A stretch of DNA of 50,733 nucleotides from a virus (taxonomy: Duplodnaviria; Caudoviricetes). The notes under the pieces were generated by a model, which was not told where the DNA came from, did no database searches, and saw nothing but the letters and a program-made list of their open reading frames with translations. Of this stretch, positions 10,601 to 20,280 are shown piece after piece (positions within the stretch are counted from its first letter, which is position 1; each line of letters starts with the position of its first letter). The stretch covers positions 1-50,733 of the IMG/VR virus record IMGVR_UViG_3300026484_000108; one strand, given 5' to 3'. A program made the position numbers and the translations under genes.

Positions 10601-13600
10601 ACATAAGCATTAAATAATTTACTATATAAATTAAATAAATTCTTTTTATGATTTTTAGTATTAATATATTGTAAGTTTATTGATGAAATATTGTCAAATG
10701 AGTCAATAAATAATAATTTTTTAGACATATGAAATTGACCTTCTTCATCATACCATTTACTTTCGTATATAGCTACAGGATTATCACTAGATAAAACTTT
10801 TTCTGCTTCTTTTTTACTTTTATATACTGTAGGTCTATTAGAATCTTCTGGGTCTATATGTGTAATATATCTCAAATAAGTATTAAATACTTTATCAGTT
10901 ACTTCTGGGTTATAATTATTACCTTTAGTAGTATCCATTAAATGTGCTTTAAGCATATCAGTAAATATTCTAATCATATATTTTAATTCTTTTATTTTAT
11001 CTTTATCCATAGTGTTAAATTTATTTTCTATATAAGCATCTATAGATAAATCTTCTGGATCATTAGTAATTCTTCTAACCATAACCATAATATCATGTAA
11101 TGATATTTTATCAAATGCTGGATCACTAAATTTATCTTGTAAGTTACTTATAATCATTGAATAATACATTTTTTTAATAATATTATAAGTAGCAGCACCA
11201 TAAGTAAATACCATTTGAGCAGGTTTAACTAATGATCTTTTAAATTCTAATACATTATCATTATTTAGATACATTTGAAATATATTTTTAACGCTATCTT
11301 TGATATTAGGTGTTATAGTATCTTCTATTGTTTGTTCATTTTCTATTTCTTTACCATTTATATAATCTAAAACTTCTTGACCATATTTAGTTAAATAATA
11401 AGCAAGTGTATTATAGAAATCATGTAATTTAGGGTTATTTTTATTTTCTGGATCTAATAAAGTTCCGTGTGTTAATTCACCTTTTTTTACTTTTTCTATA
11501 AGAGTCTTTATATATTCATCTGATACCTCACCCTCTATACCAAATGTAGTAGAATCTTCATGATATATACCACCTTTAGCTAATAAATTAATTATATCTC
11601 TTCTATCATTTTTATTGCTATTTACCATTAATGCTTGTAATAAAGTAATAATCATACCTGATGTAATAGCATCAGACTCTATATGTAAGTCTGTTTTATG
11701 TTCATATACTTCTGGATCTTTTAATGCTTTATCTAATCTTGCTAGTTCTATTAAAGCATGAAATCCATGCATCCCTTCAGTAGTATTTATAAAAGCTACT
11801 AAATCATCTTTATCTTGTTGAGTTAATTCTTCTTTATTTAGAAGTTTATGTGCTACTTTAATTGCTTTGTCTAAACCTTTTTTCTTACCACCTTCATTTA
11901 TTTTAACTCCTGAACCAGAAATAGTTAACATTTCATCTAATGCAGCTAATGCAGTTTCATCCCTAACTTTATCAGTATCTAAATCAAATGCTTGTGTTAG
12001 AGCTAATTTAAACAATCTAAATTCTATTTGATTATCTATTACAAATTTATTCATACTTCTACCAGTTTTACTTTTACCTTTTATATATAAAGTAGTTACT
12101 TGAGATGGCATTCTTGTAGTATGTCTATGGATTTTATTATCTTGTGGTTCTACAGCACTATTCATATGCGTCCTACCATTTTTAGCTTGAAACCATTTAA
12201 CTTTAAAACCATTCATTACATCTGATAGATACAACATTAAATTATCTCTTCTTCTTTTGTAATCTTCATTTTTACTTTTAGTATTATTTCTAAGTGCCAA
12301 AGGAACAGTACCTAAGTCTTTACCTCCAGCAATTTTAATTGCAGTATCATCATCTAATGCTAAATAAGGTTCTAATGCATTATTTCCTTCAAATATTACT
12401 TCTTGTTCATCAGATATAAATTCTAATGCTTCATCAGTTACTGGTTCATTAAAAGTATTCTTTTGTTTATCTTGAACCATAGAATGTTTATCAGCAGGAA
12501 TAGGTGCTTGTTGTTTAAAAGGATTTAAAGATAATCTACTTACAAATTGAGTATATCTATGTAAAAACTCTTTAAATTCTTCTTTATTTTTATAAGAATG
12601 TACAAATTTATATAAATTATAATCTTTACCATTTATATTTATAGGTTTAGATTGTACCACTCTACTTGTAGCATTTTTATTAGGATTTGTAACTAACTGT
12701 TTTATAATAGTTGATCCAAGAGCTAATATCATTTCTTCTTTAGTGTATCTACTAAACTCTTTATCATTTGCTTTTATACCTAATTCATGAAATACTATTT
12801 GACCTATATCAGTAGCTATTTCATACATAGGGAAACCATTTTCTTGAAATTGTTTAGTTGCAATACTTAATGCTTGCATATCTCCATTTCGTTGTTCATA
12901 ATCACTTAAATCTTTATATCCAAGAATAACTGCTACTTTATCTTCAGTAATCATTTCAGGATTAGATAATCTATCTAAAATTAAAGGTAAACTTATTTGA
13001 ATTATTTTTATTATTTCTGGATTAAGAATATAATTATTTGAACCAGGAATGTTATATAAGAAAGGAGCTAATGCTATATTTACATCTTCTTCAATAATTA
13101 CCTCTTCTCCTTTCTTATTCTTAGTTTTAGTTACCCATTTATATTCTCCATTTATTTTTTTAATAGTAGGTAATGATAAATTATTAATATTACCTGTATT
13201 AGTAAATATTGTAGTTAGATCACCTAAACCAAGTGTTGGGTCTTTTAAGAAATATTTTTCTATATTAGCTACTAATTCTTTATATAAAGATGATTCCACT
13301 AAATTTCTTGAATCAGTCCATACTTCTTTTAATTGACTTTCTAAGTCTTGTATAAATGTACCTTTATTAAAGCTTGTGTACAAAGTATGTAATTTGGAAG
13401 TAAAATTAGGAATACTTCTAACCATATTTTTTATTGCAGGGAAATTTTTATTTAACATATATTTAAACATATTACCTAATTTATTATTAGGAGCATATCC
13501 ATCAGATTTTTCTTCGATTTCTTCATCTAATCTTTTTATTTTTTGTCTTATAGATTCATTTACTTGTCTAATATAATCTGCTTTAGTCAATTCTGGTTCT

Positions 13601-13701
13601 ATATTTAAATTATCTATACTATGTATTAATTTATCAGTATGTGCTTTTCTTTTTTCTATTACTTTTAAACCTCTTTTTATAATTGAACATTTTTTACTCA
13701 T
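4603..13701 (-). CDS. virion-encapsidated RNA polymerase (N4 gp50-like), 3032 aa
   Basis: KNGR..M...PQ..K..R (T/DxxGR-like), motif A HIESDAITSG, motif B RSLVKPAQMVFTYG, motif C HIFDA, zincin HEMTH in the C-terminal region. Nearly Cys-free; N4 synteny. Confidence 0.92.
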   Translation of the reverse strand: MSKKCSIIKRGLKVIEKRKAHTDKLIHSIDNLNIEPELTKADYIRQVNESIRQKIKRLDEEIEEKSDGYAPNNKLGNMFKYMLNKNFPAIKNMVRSIPNFTSKLHTLYTSFNKGTFIQDLESQLKEVWTDSRNLVESSLYKELVANIEKYFLKDPTLGLGDLTTIFTNTGNINNLSLPTIKKINGEYKWVTKTKNKKGEEVIIEEDVNIALAPFLYNIPGSNNYILNPEIIKIIQISLPLILDRLSNPEMITEDKVAVILGYKDLSDYEQRNGDMQALSIATKQFQENGFPMYEIATDIGQIVFHELGIKANDKEFSRYTKEEMILALGSTIIKQLVTNPNKNATSRVVQSKPININGKDYNLYKFVHSYKNKEEFKEFLHRYTQFVSRLSLNPFKQQAPIPADKHSMVQDKQKNTFNEPVTDEALEFISDEQEVIFEGNNALEPYLALDDDTAIKIAGGKDLGTVPLALRNNTKSKNEDYKRRRDNLMLYLSDVMNGFKVKWFQAKNGRTHMNSAVEPQDNKIHRHTTRMPSQVTTLYIKGKSKTGRSMNKFVIDNQIEFRLFKLALTQAFDLDTDKVRDETALAALDEMLTISGSGVKINEGGKKKGLDKAIKVAHKLLNKEELTQQDKDDLVAFINTTEGMHGFHALIELARLDKALKDPEVYEHKTDLHIESDAITSGMIITLLQALMVNSNKNDRRDIINLLAKGGIYHEDSTTFGIEGEVSDEYIKTLIEKVKKGELTHGTLLDPENKNNPKLHDFYNTLAYYLTKYGQEVLDYINGKEIENEQTIEDTITPNIKDSVKNIFQMYLNNDNVLEFKRSLVKPAQMVFTYGAATYNIIKKMYYSMIISNLQDKFSDPAFDKISLHDIMVMVRRITNDPEDLSIDAYIENKFNTMDKDKIKELKYMIRIFTDMLKAHLMDTTKGNNYNPEVTDKVFNTYLRYITHIDPEDSNRPTVYKSKKEAEKVLSSDNPVAIYESKWYDEEGQFHMSKKLLFIDSFDNISSINLQYINTKNHKKNLFNLYSKLFNAYVLDPELDSTMKNTTFSNKNEDIDFKSFKFKDLGLQGNAIDSYFNRVYMPSFGYLFKRVFQRYTPITDYREKLQQLAKITYLGSINTFYKRMSDKFGEDRFKWTLEQYIEVIQSMQDDGIWYDFQAASKGNVTLENEEKNPSKTKSIKNGINHYQITAVRLKEFTDNLAAIGAVSAHQIDSKIIMDALKENKNNVTHIFDALLSGVNGKDLFNSVYNYNKSIIDVSKEYNVYIVLLAKAHTILTNEETFEAFMNNVTNISVKDEDSTGALRQKQQLEIVNIALNVLEYAYTEHNINEVKKNIKDFFSKNVLSAHNYVTDEKSTLYKSDNIKEEDILKQHTFNFKEEISKKAAEHIKDQISNLFALSGSHSLTDILQRLETVMLINTENDVEQPMELNNHANIREMIRNIEDKALARYLAIKHLAESGLTGFEVYEDLTQEGFNKFKLLTKKMKIFLSKEDGVIIDNLIQEHLDSLNKEEIIHLDDLIKEVMHEYHMDKLTEYVYITDTHKDNSNKIPSRTFTKSDFYDSIDENKLNNFSGGATGADRIWAELISKVFGSKAINRHILPIKRGSREWHKTSKDTFIQITNEENRLGQEANEKAKNNTHYMNNRNYFQIINADNVYAVMPLNINLKSGEGGTNSAVKLAIKLNKTIYVLNTRDNKYYKYNKDTKTFEPVKIKDITYNSRSAFIGTRELEYSSYTNKNGEKVEIQELSNSKELQKSMLELLKHLKNISKNTNKNITIKETNTNVTNIQSIDDILKDITGSSLTDRKKLVENLVKLGINKDDAAMIIKMTANKEGITKHQTLHKALHLIKQYLIMNDPDKIHNLAIKLSKLNELDTTNLYEKVNDILTEEYNNLHKQVEDIIDVEIGSSTYTKSMGKSENTRELTNKKEVENFLNDLLTPEDTLLKDTTLNNFISLIGSFFKTADKLKVVEFINKTFNRGSADIMRNVIKLSKGTGLSLQTEAEVFMHEMTHLLTEKGIQADAKTKTRILLVKKQILELLKKDGVDPETFFIPEGMPHTEKAKQRSKELYEYMQTSPSEFLTIAVTNPILNKYINDNYSKIKTKSKLIDEIETNNIVDTLFNYVIKAINYIFDKIDLNKNTLDKELQDILITAVRLTQLVNERKYEPEENRSIEALYKLMDNIVKITKYREITNPIFNNIKKNYSKLENTFKEAQDMMDTSTKWAASMRTINRITKTINFDFVKLIRDLTKEMFISNANFSEFYRLFSKIKYIQETLRMHIETANIELLDSLVPGLNKKQLKSLTTSILKTDIASIRDINRIKRFIRDDSIRNVRIHEIEKELGKFTFSQAKINQAKALAYYMLTGVSTLDNLMLNANNIANGTFTGSKIATTEREIQLIDELISLYALNYTPKEDLNILKHYVNTHPKKFNKLITYIRNGIHTKTNELFEEDVHKIKGYIRPKSNNLYETKVISSKDLKTYKSYGWTEIVTIGKDSKESGTHDTILVKRLNTEPSYTKGAFEITGMSTMGITLTDKYTNKDTEDNKLTEALVLNMIKKIAENSKINESQDFDPRKEYSNLLSKKETKVVPILDLDGNIVNYRYTIHNSDMEEHSGLNMDIRSVISNTQSHMYLKINGREWNKKMIDYFIKSYDPKKPNRYVKVGIETISGVKIKHNEEYYDILPQDTKDYLYKATKGKNFIYVDKYLLNDTFGFKDASIANIPIFHNTNLKYLREKIKLIEKLWKDLIKLLKPGMVIVNGAVLYGNFASNFFVLSQFMSPVEVYREFRKNWILFDKLNKDLQRKHILDSKVSNGIADSKDKRELKVLNISISKNRMSYLVENGIVGSIIEDATISNINDTNLISNKINSYIDKNMNETTKSIIKSLFLTEDSAPFKKAIKIMQYSDVVAKQTYMDYLIKQGKSKEEAILEADQYFVNYNLNENKYIKYLNDTGAFMFSKFVLGTVKVVLNTIGKSPEKAIRLFGINNIVDVPEIYESYNQSLTDIITNRSIHIYDELFNRANPLALWERMGSL

Positions 13702-16700
13702 TATTTACATCCTTCTTTTTCTTTTAGACTATTTAATTTAGAATGTGCAATATCTAAATACTTTTGGTATTCTTCAGCATTGTCTCTTAATGTTATTATA
13801 TCACTTTTTAATTGCTCTTGAATTTCTGGGTTTTTAGGATTAAATCTTACTCTATTTATCTTTAATATTTCACTTATTATATTATCAGTAGCAAAGTCAT
13901 TAACATCTTTAATAGTAGCTCTAATAACTTCAGGAAGTTGACTAAACACTTTAGGATCCATTTCTATAGTAAGTTTTCTTGTGTTTAATTTACCATCAGA
14001 GCTTTTAATATTACTTGTTAATTCTTCTGATATTATTTTCTTGATACCTCTATATACTTTAACTAATTCTTTAGTATTAGTCTTAATAGCTTCTTGATTA
14101 CCTGCTCTTTCATATATGTCTTCTTTTAAAGGTTGTGTATTATATTCGTTTTCTGGATCAATACTATCTATAAAACCGATACCAACACCTACTTTATCTT
14201 GAATTTCTTTAGCTTCATTTATACCTATTTTACTCTCTATTTCACCAGAAATATCATCTAATAAATTAAATTCATCTAATGATATATTATCATTATTAGT
14301 TTGTTTAGTTTCATTAGTAGTTTTTTCCTTAGGCTTTGGTTTATCACCAAATAATGGATTATTCTCTAATGGTGTAGTATCATCCTCTGGTTCTTCTTCT
14401 ATATTTTCATCTTGATTACTCTTAGTATCTGGTGTTTTAACATTATCATCCATAACTGGATTTTTAGTAGGCGTGTTTTCACCTTTATTTGTTGTTTTTT
14501 TAGAACCAGAGTTAGAACCAGAAGAAGGTGGTGGTGTATCATCCATAACAGGGTTTTGTTTAGTTGTAGGATCTTTAAGTGCTTTAATTATGTTTGTACC
14601 AAAGAAAGATAATAATTCTTTTCTATCTCTAACATTTTCTTGTTGATTATCTGCTTGAGACCAAGATATTAATTCAGGAGATATATTACCTTTATCAATA
14701 CTTTCTTGAGCTTTAGTTATATACTCTTTATTTAAAGGTTTTTCAATAGTAGTAGAATTTAATAATGCTTTTACATCATTCTCATCATTAGTAGTTAAAC
14801 TACCTGTAGTGTTCATTCTTTCCATGATGTCTTCTATATTACTATCTTTGTCAATAGTTAATGTTAATTTTCTTACTCCTGTTGCATTACCTTTGTTATC
14901 TAAAGTATAATCTAATAAAGCTATATGTCTATTTCCTTCTTCATCTTCATAATCTTTTAGTTTAATAAATGGTTTATCATTTATAATAAAAAATGGGGTA
15001 CTTGTAATTTCATTATCAAATTTCTCATATACATAAGAAAAGAATTTTTTAAACATATAATTATATACATTAAGTAATTTAATTTGTGATTCTTCATCAA
15101 TATTATTTGCAAGGTTTAAAATATCTTTAGAATTTATTTGTTTAGGTTTAGACTTAGATACATTTAAATAACCTTTAGCATTTTTATAAAAACTAAATGC
15201 TGTATAAGTAATACTTTTATCTGATTCTTTTTTAGTGTTTAATATATATACACTTTTACTTTTACTTATTGATGGTGAAAATAAAGAATAAGCTAAATTA
15301 GGTAATTTGAACCAAGATAATCCATAAGCATTTAAAGTTTCTCTAATATAATTTATTTTATTATTAGTAGTCTTCTTTGTTGATGTATTATTTGATGTAT
15401 TTTGTTTTTTACTTTTATCTTTAGATTTCTTTTTCTTATGCTTCTTTTTATAAGCAGTTTTACCATAATATACATGTATGCCTTTAGGGTAGACTATATG
15501 ATTATGGCTATCTACATATACATCTTTTACAGTATATTTCTTCCCATTTGCTGCTGTATAAGTAAATGTATCAAACCAAGTTAGAGGACTTACTGGCATT
15601 ACACCATTATTTTTAGAACCAATATATCTTGCTAAAGCAAATGCTAATGCTTTACCTGCTCTTACTTCATTTGGATCTTGGCTTTGTGTCATTGCTAATG
15701 CTTTGTTATACATTTGTATTATTAAATCAGCTTGTAATCTTTTATCAGATATTTTTTGGTATAAATTACTTAAACCATCACTATCTTCTGTATTATCTAT
15801 AGTATCTGGATCCAGATTTATAGAATCTATCTGTCTTGGAGAAGCTTTTCTAAAATCTAATTCTCCTTGCTCATTTACGAAAGGTTCGTAATAAACAGAT
15901 TGCCCATTATCATCTTTAACAGGTAGAGTAGCAATAAGTGCTAACATTTGAGATATTTGTTTATTTATATCACTTTTAGTTTTTTCATCAGTAGCATGTT
16001 GTCTAGCTTTAAATAATGCTTTTAAAGAGTTTTTAGCTGTATCGATAAAAGCTTCATTCTCTTTTAAAATAGTATCAAATACATCTGGATCATTTATATT
16101 ATCCTGATTAGCTTTATTCATATATCTTGAACCAATAAAGTTAATTAAGTTTTTAGAAGTACTTATAACTTGACTGATTACTCCTTGTTTAGTATCCTCA
16201 TCAATATTCTCTTGTGAAAGAGCATCAGCTTGATTAATAAATCCTGTATTATAATCTTTTAAAGAAGATTTCTGATTAGTTGAGTTACCTGTCTCTAATA
16301 TTTCATTATTTACTGTTTCAATAGTCTTTTTAAAATCTGCATAATTCTTACTATTTAAAAGAGTAGCTATTATCCCAAAGTCATCATTTTCTTTTAATTT
16401 ATTAATAGTATCAGCTAAAGTATTTAATAAACTATTTATGTCATTAACACCATCTGCACTTGAAAAGAATTCTGTGTCATCAAGTAAATTTAAAGGATCC
16501 AGATAATTAGCTCTTTTTTCTCTTTCTTCTTTATTTGCAATTAATCCACTAGAACTAAATAATGATTTTATATAATTATATTTAGCTTCTGTATTAGTTT
16601 CTGTCAATATAGCTTCATTAATATCATCTCTTTTAAGATACTCATTTAATGCTTTATGTGCTTTTGCATTCTGTTTTACTGCATATTTATATACTTCTTT

Positions 16701-18755
16701 TTCTTCTTCAGATAATTCACCCCCCATCTGTACTATTTGATTGAACATTTCTGTAATATTAGAGTAATAATCTATAATATCAGTAAGTTTATGTACAGGA
16801 TGAGTATCTAATATATTTACATTATCTTTTTTTAATGTAGCGTAAGTAATTTGTCTATACAATACTTCTAATGCTTTAGATTGTTCTAATTCTACATTTT
16901 TATCTATACCTAATACTTTATTAATCAATGGTAGTATTTTATTATCACTACCATCATATTCTTTCATATATTTATGTAATTCTTTTATATTTTTATTTTT
17001 AAAATATGTCTGTGTACCTACTAATGCAGCTGTTGTAGGAATACCTACTGTTAATGCAGCACCTGCTCCCATAAGCATACCAGGAGAATGTAATAATGCA
17101 CCACTTAATGATGTAGGGTTCATTGTTGAATGTGTAGCAACACCTGAAGTACCTCCTATAGCAGAAGCATTTAAATATTTACTTAAAGGACCTATTTCCC
17201 CATTAGTTATATAATCTTGTTGTAATTGATCTAATGGTTCTTGTATAGCTTCTCCCATAAATGCTTTAGATAAATTAAATACTTCTCCTCCTACTTTTTT
17301 ACCTGCAAATAAAGCAGGAGTCAATCCTTTAGCTACTAAAGGTGATTTACCTTTAATTACATTCATCATATGTGAACCAGAAGATATTAAATCTTTACCT
17401 GCTCTTTCTATAATAGCTGCTTCCCCGAAAGCTTTATCCATAGCTAAAGTGCCATAATTTAAAAATGTTGATAATTGAGCTGTTCCATACAATTTAACTG
17501 GGTCTTTTAATATACTAGGATCTCTTTTAATTGCTGTATCTAAATCGTGATTTACTCTTTGAAAAGTTGCTGCAAGTAAACCTCCTGGTAACATTATTTC
17601 TGTAGTTTCTCCCATAGAATTACTCATATTACCTACCATAGATTTAAGATCTAAATTAGCTAATACTGCATCTGTATAATTAGCTAGAGTACCTTGGTTT
17701 ACTCCATTAGCTAACATCTCTGTGTAAGCATTATGTACATCTGTATAATGTGCCATTTTTTTAGCACTTTTACCCATATAAAAATCAGTATATAATTTTT
17801 TATTAAATTCTCTTATTTCTGGATCAGACCATTGTTTGTAGTATTCTTGAGCTACTTTATTCCAATAGTCTGCGCTACCTTTATAACCAGTTACTGCTTC
17901 TATACCTTCACCTACTTTGGCAAGAGCTAGTGATAAATAAGTACCTACTACATTACTTAAATCACTAAAATGTTCGCCTATATTAGCTACACTACCTTGT
18001 ATATAATCTTTAGAATAAGATAGATATTTAGATAATATACCATCAGATTTATCAGCATCTGTTTTATTATAAGCGTTCATTCTAGCTAAATATAAATCAT
18101 CATGATTAGCTATTTCTCCTGGTCCTTGTACACCACCTTGTAAATAAGTTGCTTCTAATACTTCTGGATCAGTCATTACTTTCTGGTTCTTATGGCGTAT
18201 CTCTCTTAATTGTCCTGTTTTAGGATCAATATATGGTAATACATAATCTTTATTTATATTTACATCTGAACCAGTAAAAGCATTATTATATATTGTACTA
18301 AACATTTTATAAGCATATTGACCATTATCTGTATTTAGATCAAATAAATCTTGAGGCAATGTTTTTAGCTTTATTCTTAATTTTTTTAAAGTAGCTTTTT
18401 CATTTAAAGGTATATTTCCATATGAACCATACTTATCTATTAAACTTGAATATATATTTTTATATTCTTTCGCTGTTTCCATAATATATGAATATGCTTT
18501 ATTTGCTTTAAACATTAAATCTTGTTTCTTTTCTGGATCTCCCACATCTGCAATTGCTTGTTTGAATGGATTGTTATTAGGGTTATTTACTAAGTATGAC
18601 TCATCCATATCAGTATAAGTTGGTTGAGTATCTTGTATCCATTGAGGTGGAGTAAAAGGAGTATCTCCATGAATAGGGGTATTTACTCGTGAAGACATTT
18701 CTTCGGTAGAAGGTCCTGTATTTGTACTTATACTATTTAGTGCTTCTAATAACAT
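13701..18755 (-). CDS. large ejection/internal virion protein (possible detached vRNAP N-terminal domain), 1684 aa
   Basis: TAATG-coupled to vRNAP. Gly/Ala hydrophobic segments, GEAIQE motif, single Cys at the C-terminus. Confidence 0.7.
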   Translation of the reverse strand: MLLEALNSISTNTGPSTEEMSSRVNTPIHGDTPFTPPQWIQDTQPTYTDMDESYLVNNPNNNPFKQAIADVGDPEKKQDLMFKANKAYSYIMETAKEYKNIYSSLIDKYGSYGNIPLNEKATLKKLRIKLKTLPQDLFDLNTDNGQYAYKMFSTIYNNAFTGSDVNINKDYVLPYIDPKTGQLREIRHKNQKVMTDPEVLEATYLQGGVQGPGEIANHDDLYLARMNAYNKTDADKSDGILSKYLSYSKDYIQGSVANIGEHFSDLSNVVGTYLSLALAKVGEGIEAVTGYKGSADYWNKVAQEYYKQWSDPEIREFNKKLYTDFYMGKSAKKMAHYTDVHNAYTEMLANGVNQGTLANYTDAVLANLDLKSMVGNMSNSMGETTEIMLPGGLLAATFQRVNHDLDTAIKRDPSILKDPVKLYGTAQLSTFLNYGTLAMDKAFGEAAIIERAGKDLISSGSHMMNVIKGKSPLVAKGLTPALFAGKKVGGEVFNLSKAFMGEAIQEPLDQLQQDYITNGEIGPLSKYLNASAIGGTSGVATHSTMNPTSLSGALLHSPGMLMGAGAALTVGIPTTAALVGTQTYFKNKNIKELHKYMKEYDGSDNKILPLINKVLGIDKNVELEQSKALEVLYRQITYATLKKDNVNILDTHPVHKLTDIIDYYSNITEMFNQIVQMGGELSEEEKEVYKYAVKQNAKAHKALNEYLKRDDINEAILTETNTEAKYNYIKSLFSSSGLIANKEEREKRANYLDPLNLLDDTEFFSSADGVNDINSLLNTLADTINKLKENDDFGIIATLLNSKNYADFKKTIETVNNEILETGNSTNQKSSLKDYNTGFINQADALSQENIDEDTKQGVISQVISTSKNLINFIGSRYMNKANQDNINDPDVFDTILKENEAFIDTAKNSLKALFKARQHATDEKTKSDINKQISQMLALIATLPVKDDNGQSVYYEPFVNEQGELDFRKASPRQIDSINLDPDTIDNTEDSDGLSNLYQKISDKRLQADLIIQMYNKALAMTQSQDPNEVRAGKALAFALARYIGSKNNGVMPVSPLTWFDTFTYTAANGKKYTVKDVYVDSHNHIVYPKGIHVYYGKTAYKKKHKKKKSKDKSKKQNTSNNTSTKKTTNNKINYIRETLNAYGLSWFKLPNLAYSLFSPSISKSKSVYILNTKKESDKSITYTAFSFYKNAKGYLNVSKSKPKQINSKDILNLANNIDEESQIKLLNVYNYMFKKFFSYVYEKFDNEITSTPFFIINDKPFIKLKDYEDEEGNRHIALLDYTLDNKGNATGVRKLTLTIDKDSNIEDIMERMNTTGSLTTNDENDVKALLNSTTIEKPLNKEYITKAQESIDKGNISPELISWSQADNQQENVRDRKELLSFFGTNIIKALKDPTTKQNPVMDDTPPPSSGSNSGSKKTTNKGENTPTKNPVMDDNVKTPDTKSNQDENIEEEPEDDTTPLENNPLFGDKPKPKEKTTNETKQTNNDNISLDEFNLLDDISGEIESKIGINEAKEIQDKVGVGIGFIDSIDPENEYNTQPLKEDIYERAGNQEAIKTNTKELVKVYRGIKKIISEELTSNIKSSDGKLNTRKLTIEMDPKVFSQLPEVIRATIKDVNDFATDNIISEILKINRVRFNPKNPEIQEQLKSDIITLRDNAEEYQKYLDIAHSKLNSLKEKEGCK

Positions 18756-18766
18756 TTATTTACTCC

Positions 18767-20278
18767 TTATTTTTTAAAAGACATATTAGATAATACATCT
18801 ATATTCTGCCAAGTATCTGATTTATATCCCATATGAATTAAAGGACCTACACTAGATAAACTTTTATATATATTACCATTAGGATTTATTACATATTGAT
18901 AAACATTCATTTGTAATTTTTTTGGATCCAGATTATATAAAGAACCTATATTATTACTTGCTACATTTAATGCAGATAGAAGTAGTCCTTTATGTGAATT
19001 ACCACTATCATCTTCTAATTCTTCTTTGATATCATTTGCCATATTATCTATAAATAAATTATTATCAGTAGAAGCTATAGTATCAATACCTTTTTTAAGA
19101 CCATTAGCAATAGACATTGTTTTATTTATTGCATCATATGCTATTTTAGGAGACATACCTTTATTTTTAAGTATTTGGATTAAATGTTTTTCACCTTCAG
19201 GTAAATTATATTTATTTGGATTTTCATAATGTTTTATAAAATTACTATCTTTAGATATAGTATATAAATCATTATAATTTATATTGTTATTAGCTATCTC
19301 TTGCTGTAAGATTGTAGTAATTGTATTATAATTAGTATTTATTATACCTAGTGTATCATTATTACCATATTTTAAATAAGAACCATCAGGTAAATTTAAT
19401 GCATTAACTATATTAGGCATTTTTGTCTCTAAATCTTTCATATCATAAGAATAAACTACTTCTCCTGTTTGTGGATTAACACTCTGTTTAGGTGCTATAC
19501 CTAAGCCATCTAATAATTTTAAACCTTTTGGAGTAACATTTCCATTATTATCAATTAGACCTAATCTTTTACCATTATTCAATTTACTATAAGTTTCTTC
19601 TATATTTGAGAAATAATTTCTAAGTTTTTTATTATTAGCTGAAGCTTTTAAACTTTCATTAGTTAAACCTTGCATTGTTTTTATACTTCTTGGATTAGTA
19701 GTTGTTCCACTTCCGAAACTTTTACCAAGACCTCCTCCATTTAGAGGTATACCATTAACTTTATAAAATTGTAAAGTATCAGCTAATGATTTCATTCTGG
19801 CTTTCTCTGTTAATTCTAATTCTGCTGCTTTTTGTTGTAATTGTAATGGTAATTTTTTCTTAAATATATCAAACAATCTTTCAGAATTATAATCTGATAT
19901 AGCTTTATTTTTAGCTATAGCTGCATTTAATTTACTAGCATCTTTAATATCTGCTTGTTCTTTCGATATTCTTGCTATATTATCTTGAGTATTTTTATCT
20001 ACTCTATTCTCAAATACATTATTTAATGCAGTTACATTTCTTCCATATGTATTTAATGCTTTAGACATATTTCTATACTTCTGCCCAGTTATATCAGTTT
20101 CTTTATTATAAATATTACCTATTGATCTTGCTTCTTCAATACCTGTTCGAGCCAGAGATTCAGAAGCCATAGACACATTTCTACTTGCCTGGTTCAATGA
20201 ATTCAATAGGCTTGCAGTATTTACTGTTTGATTAATATCATTAGCATTAAATATTTTCTGTATTCTTCCATTCATCAT
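18767..20278 (-). CDS. internal virion/ejection protein
   Basis: 503 aa, Cys-free, helical N-terminus, located between the capsid genes and vRNAP. Confidence 0.55.
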   Translation of the reverse strand: MMNGRIQKIFNANDINQTVNTASLLNSLNQASRNVSMASESLARTGIEEARSIGNIYNKETDITGQKYRNMSKALNTYGRNVTALNNVFENRVDKNTQDNIARISKEQADIKDASKLNAAIAKNKAISDYNSERLFDIFKKKLPLQLQQKAAELELTEKARMKSLADTLQFYKVNGIPLNGGGLGKSFGSGTTTNPRSIKTMQGLTNESLKASANNKKLRNYFSNIEETYSKLNNGKRLGLIDNNGNVTPKGLKLLDGLGIAPKQSVNPQTGEVVYSYDMKDLETKMPNIVNALNLPDGSYLKYGNNDTLGIINTNYNTITTILQQEIANNNINYNDLYTISKDSNFIKHYENPNKYNLPEGEKHLIQILKNKGMSPKIAYDAINKTMSIANGLKKGIDTIASTDNNLFIDNMANDIKEELEDDSGNSHKGLLLSALNVASNNIGSLYNLDPKKLQMNVYQYVINPNGNIYKSLSSVGPLIHMGYKSDTWQNIDVLSNMSFKK

Positions 20279-20280
20279 TT

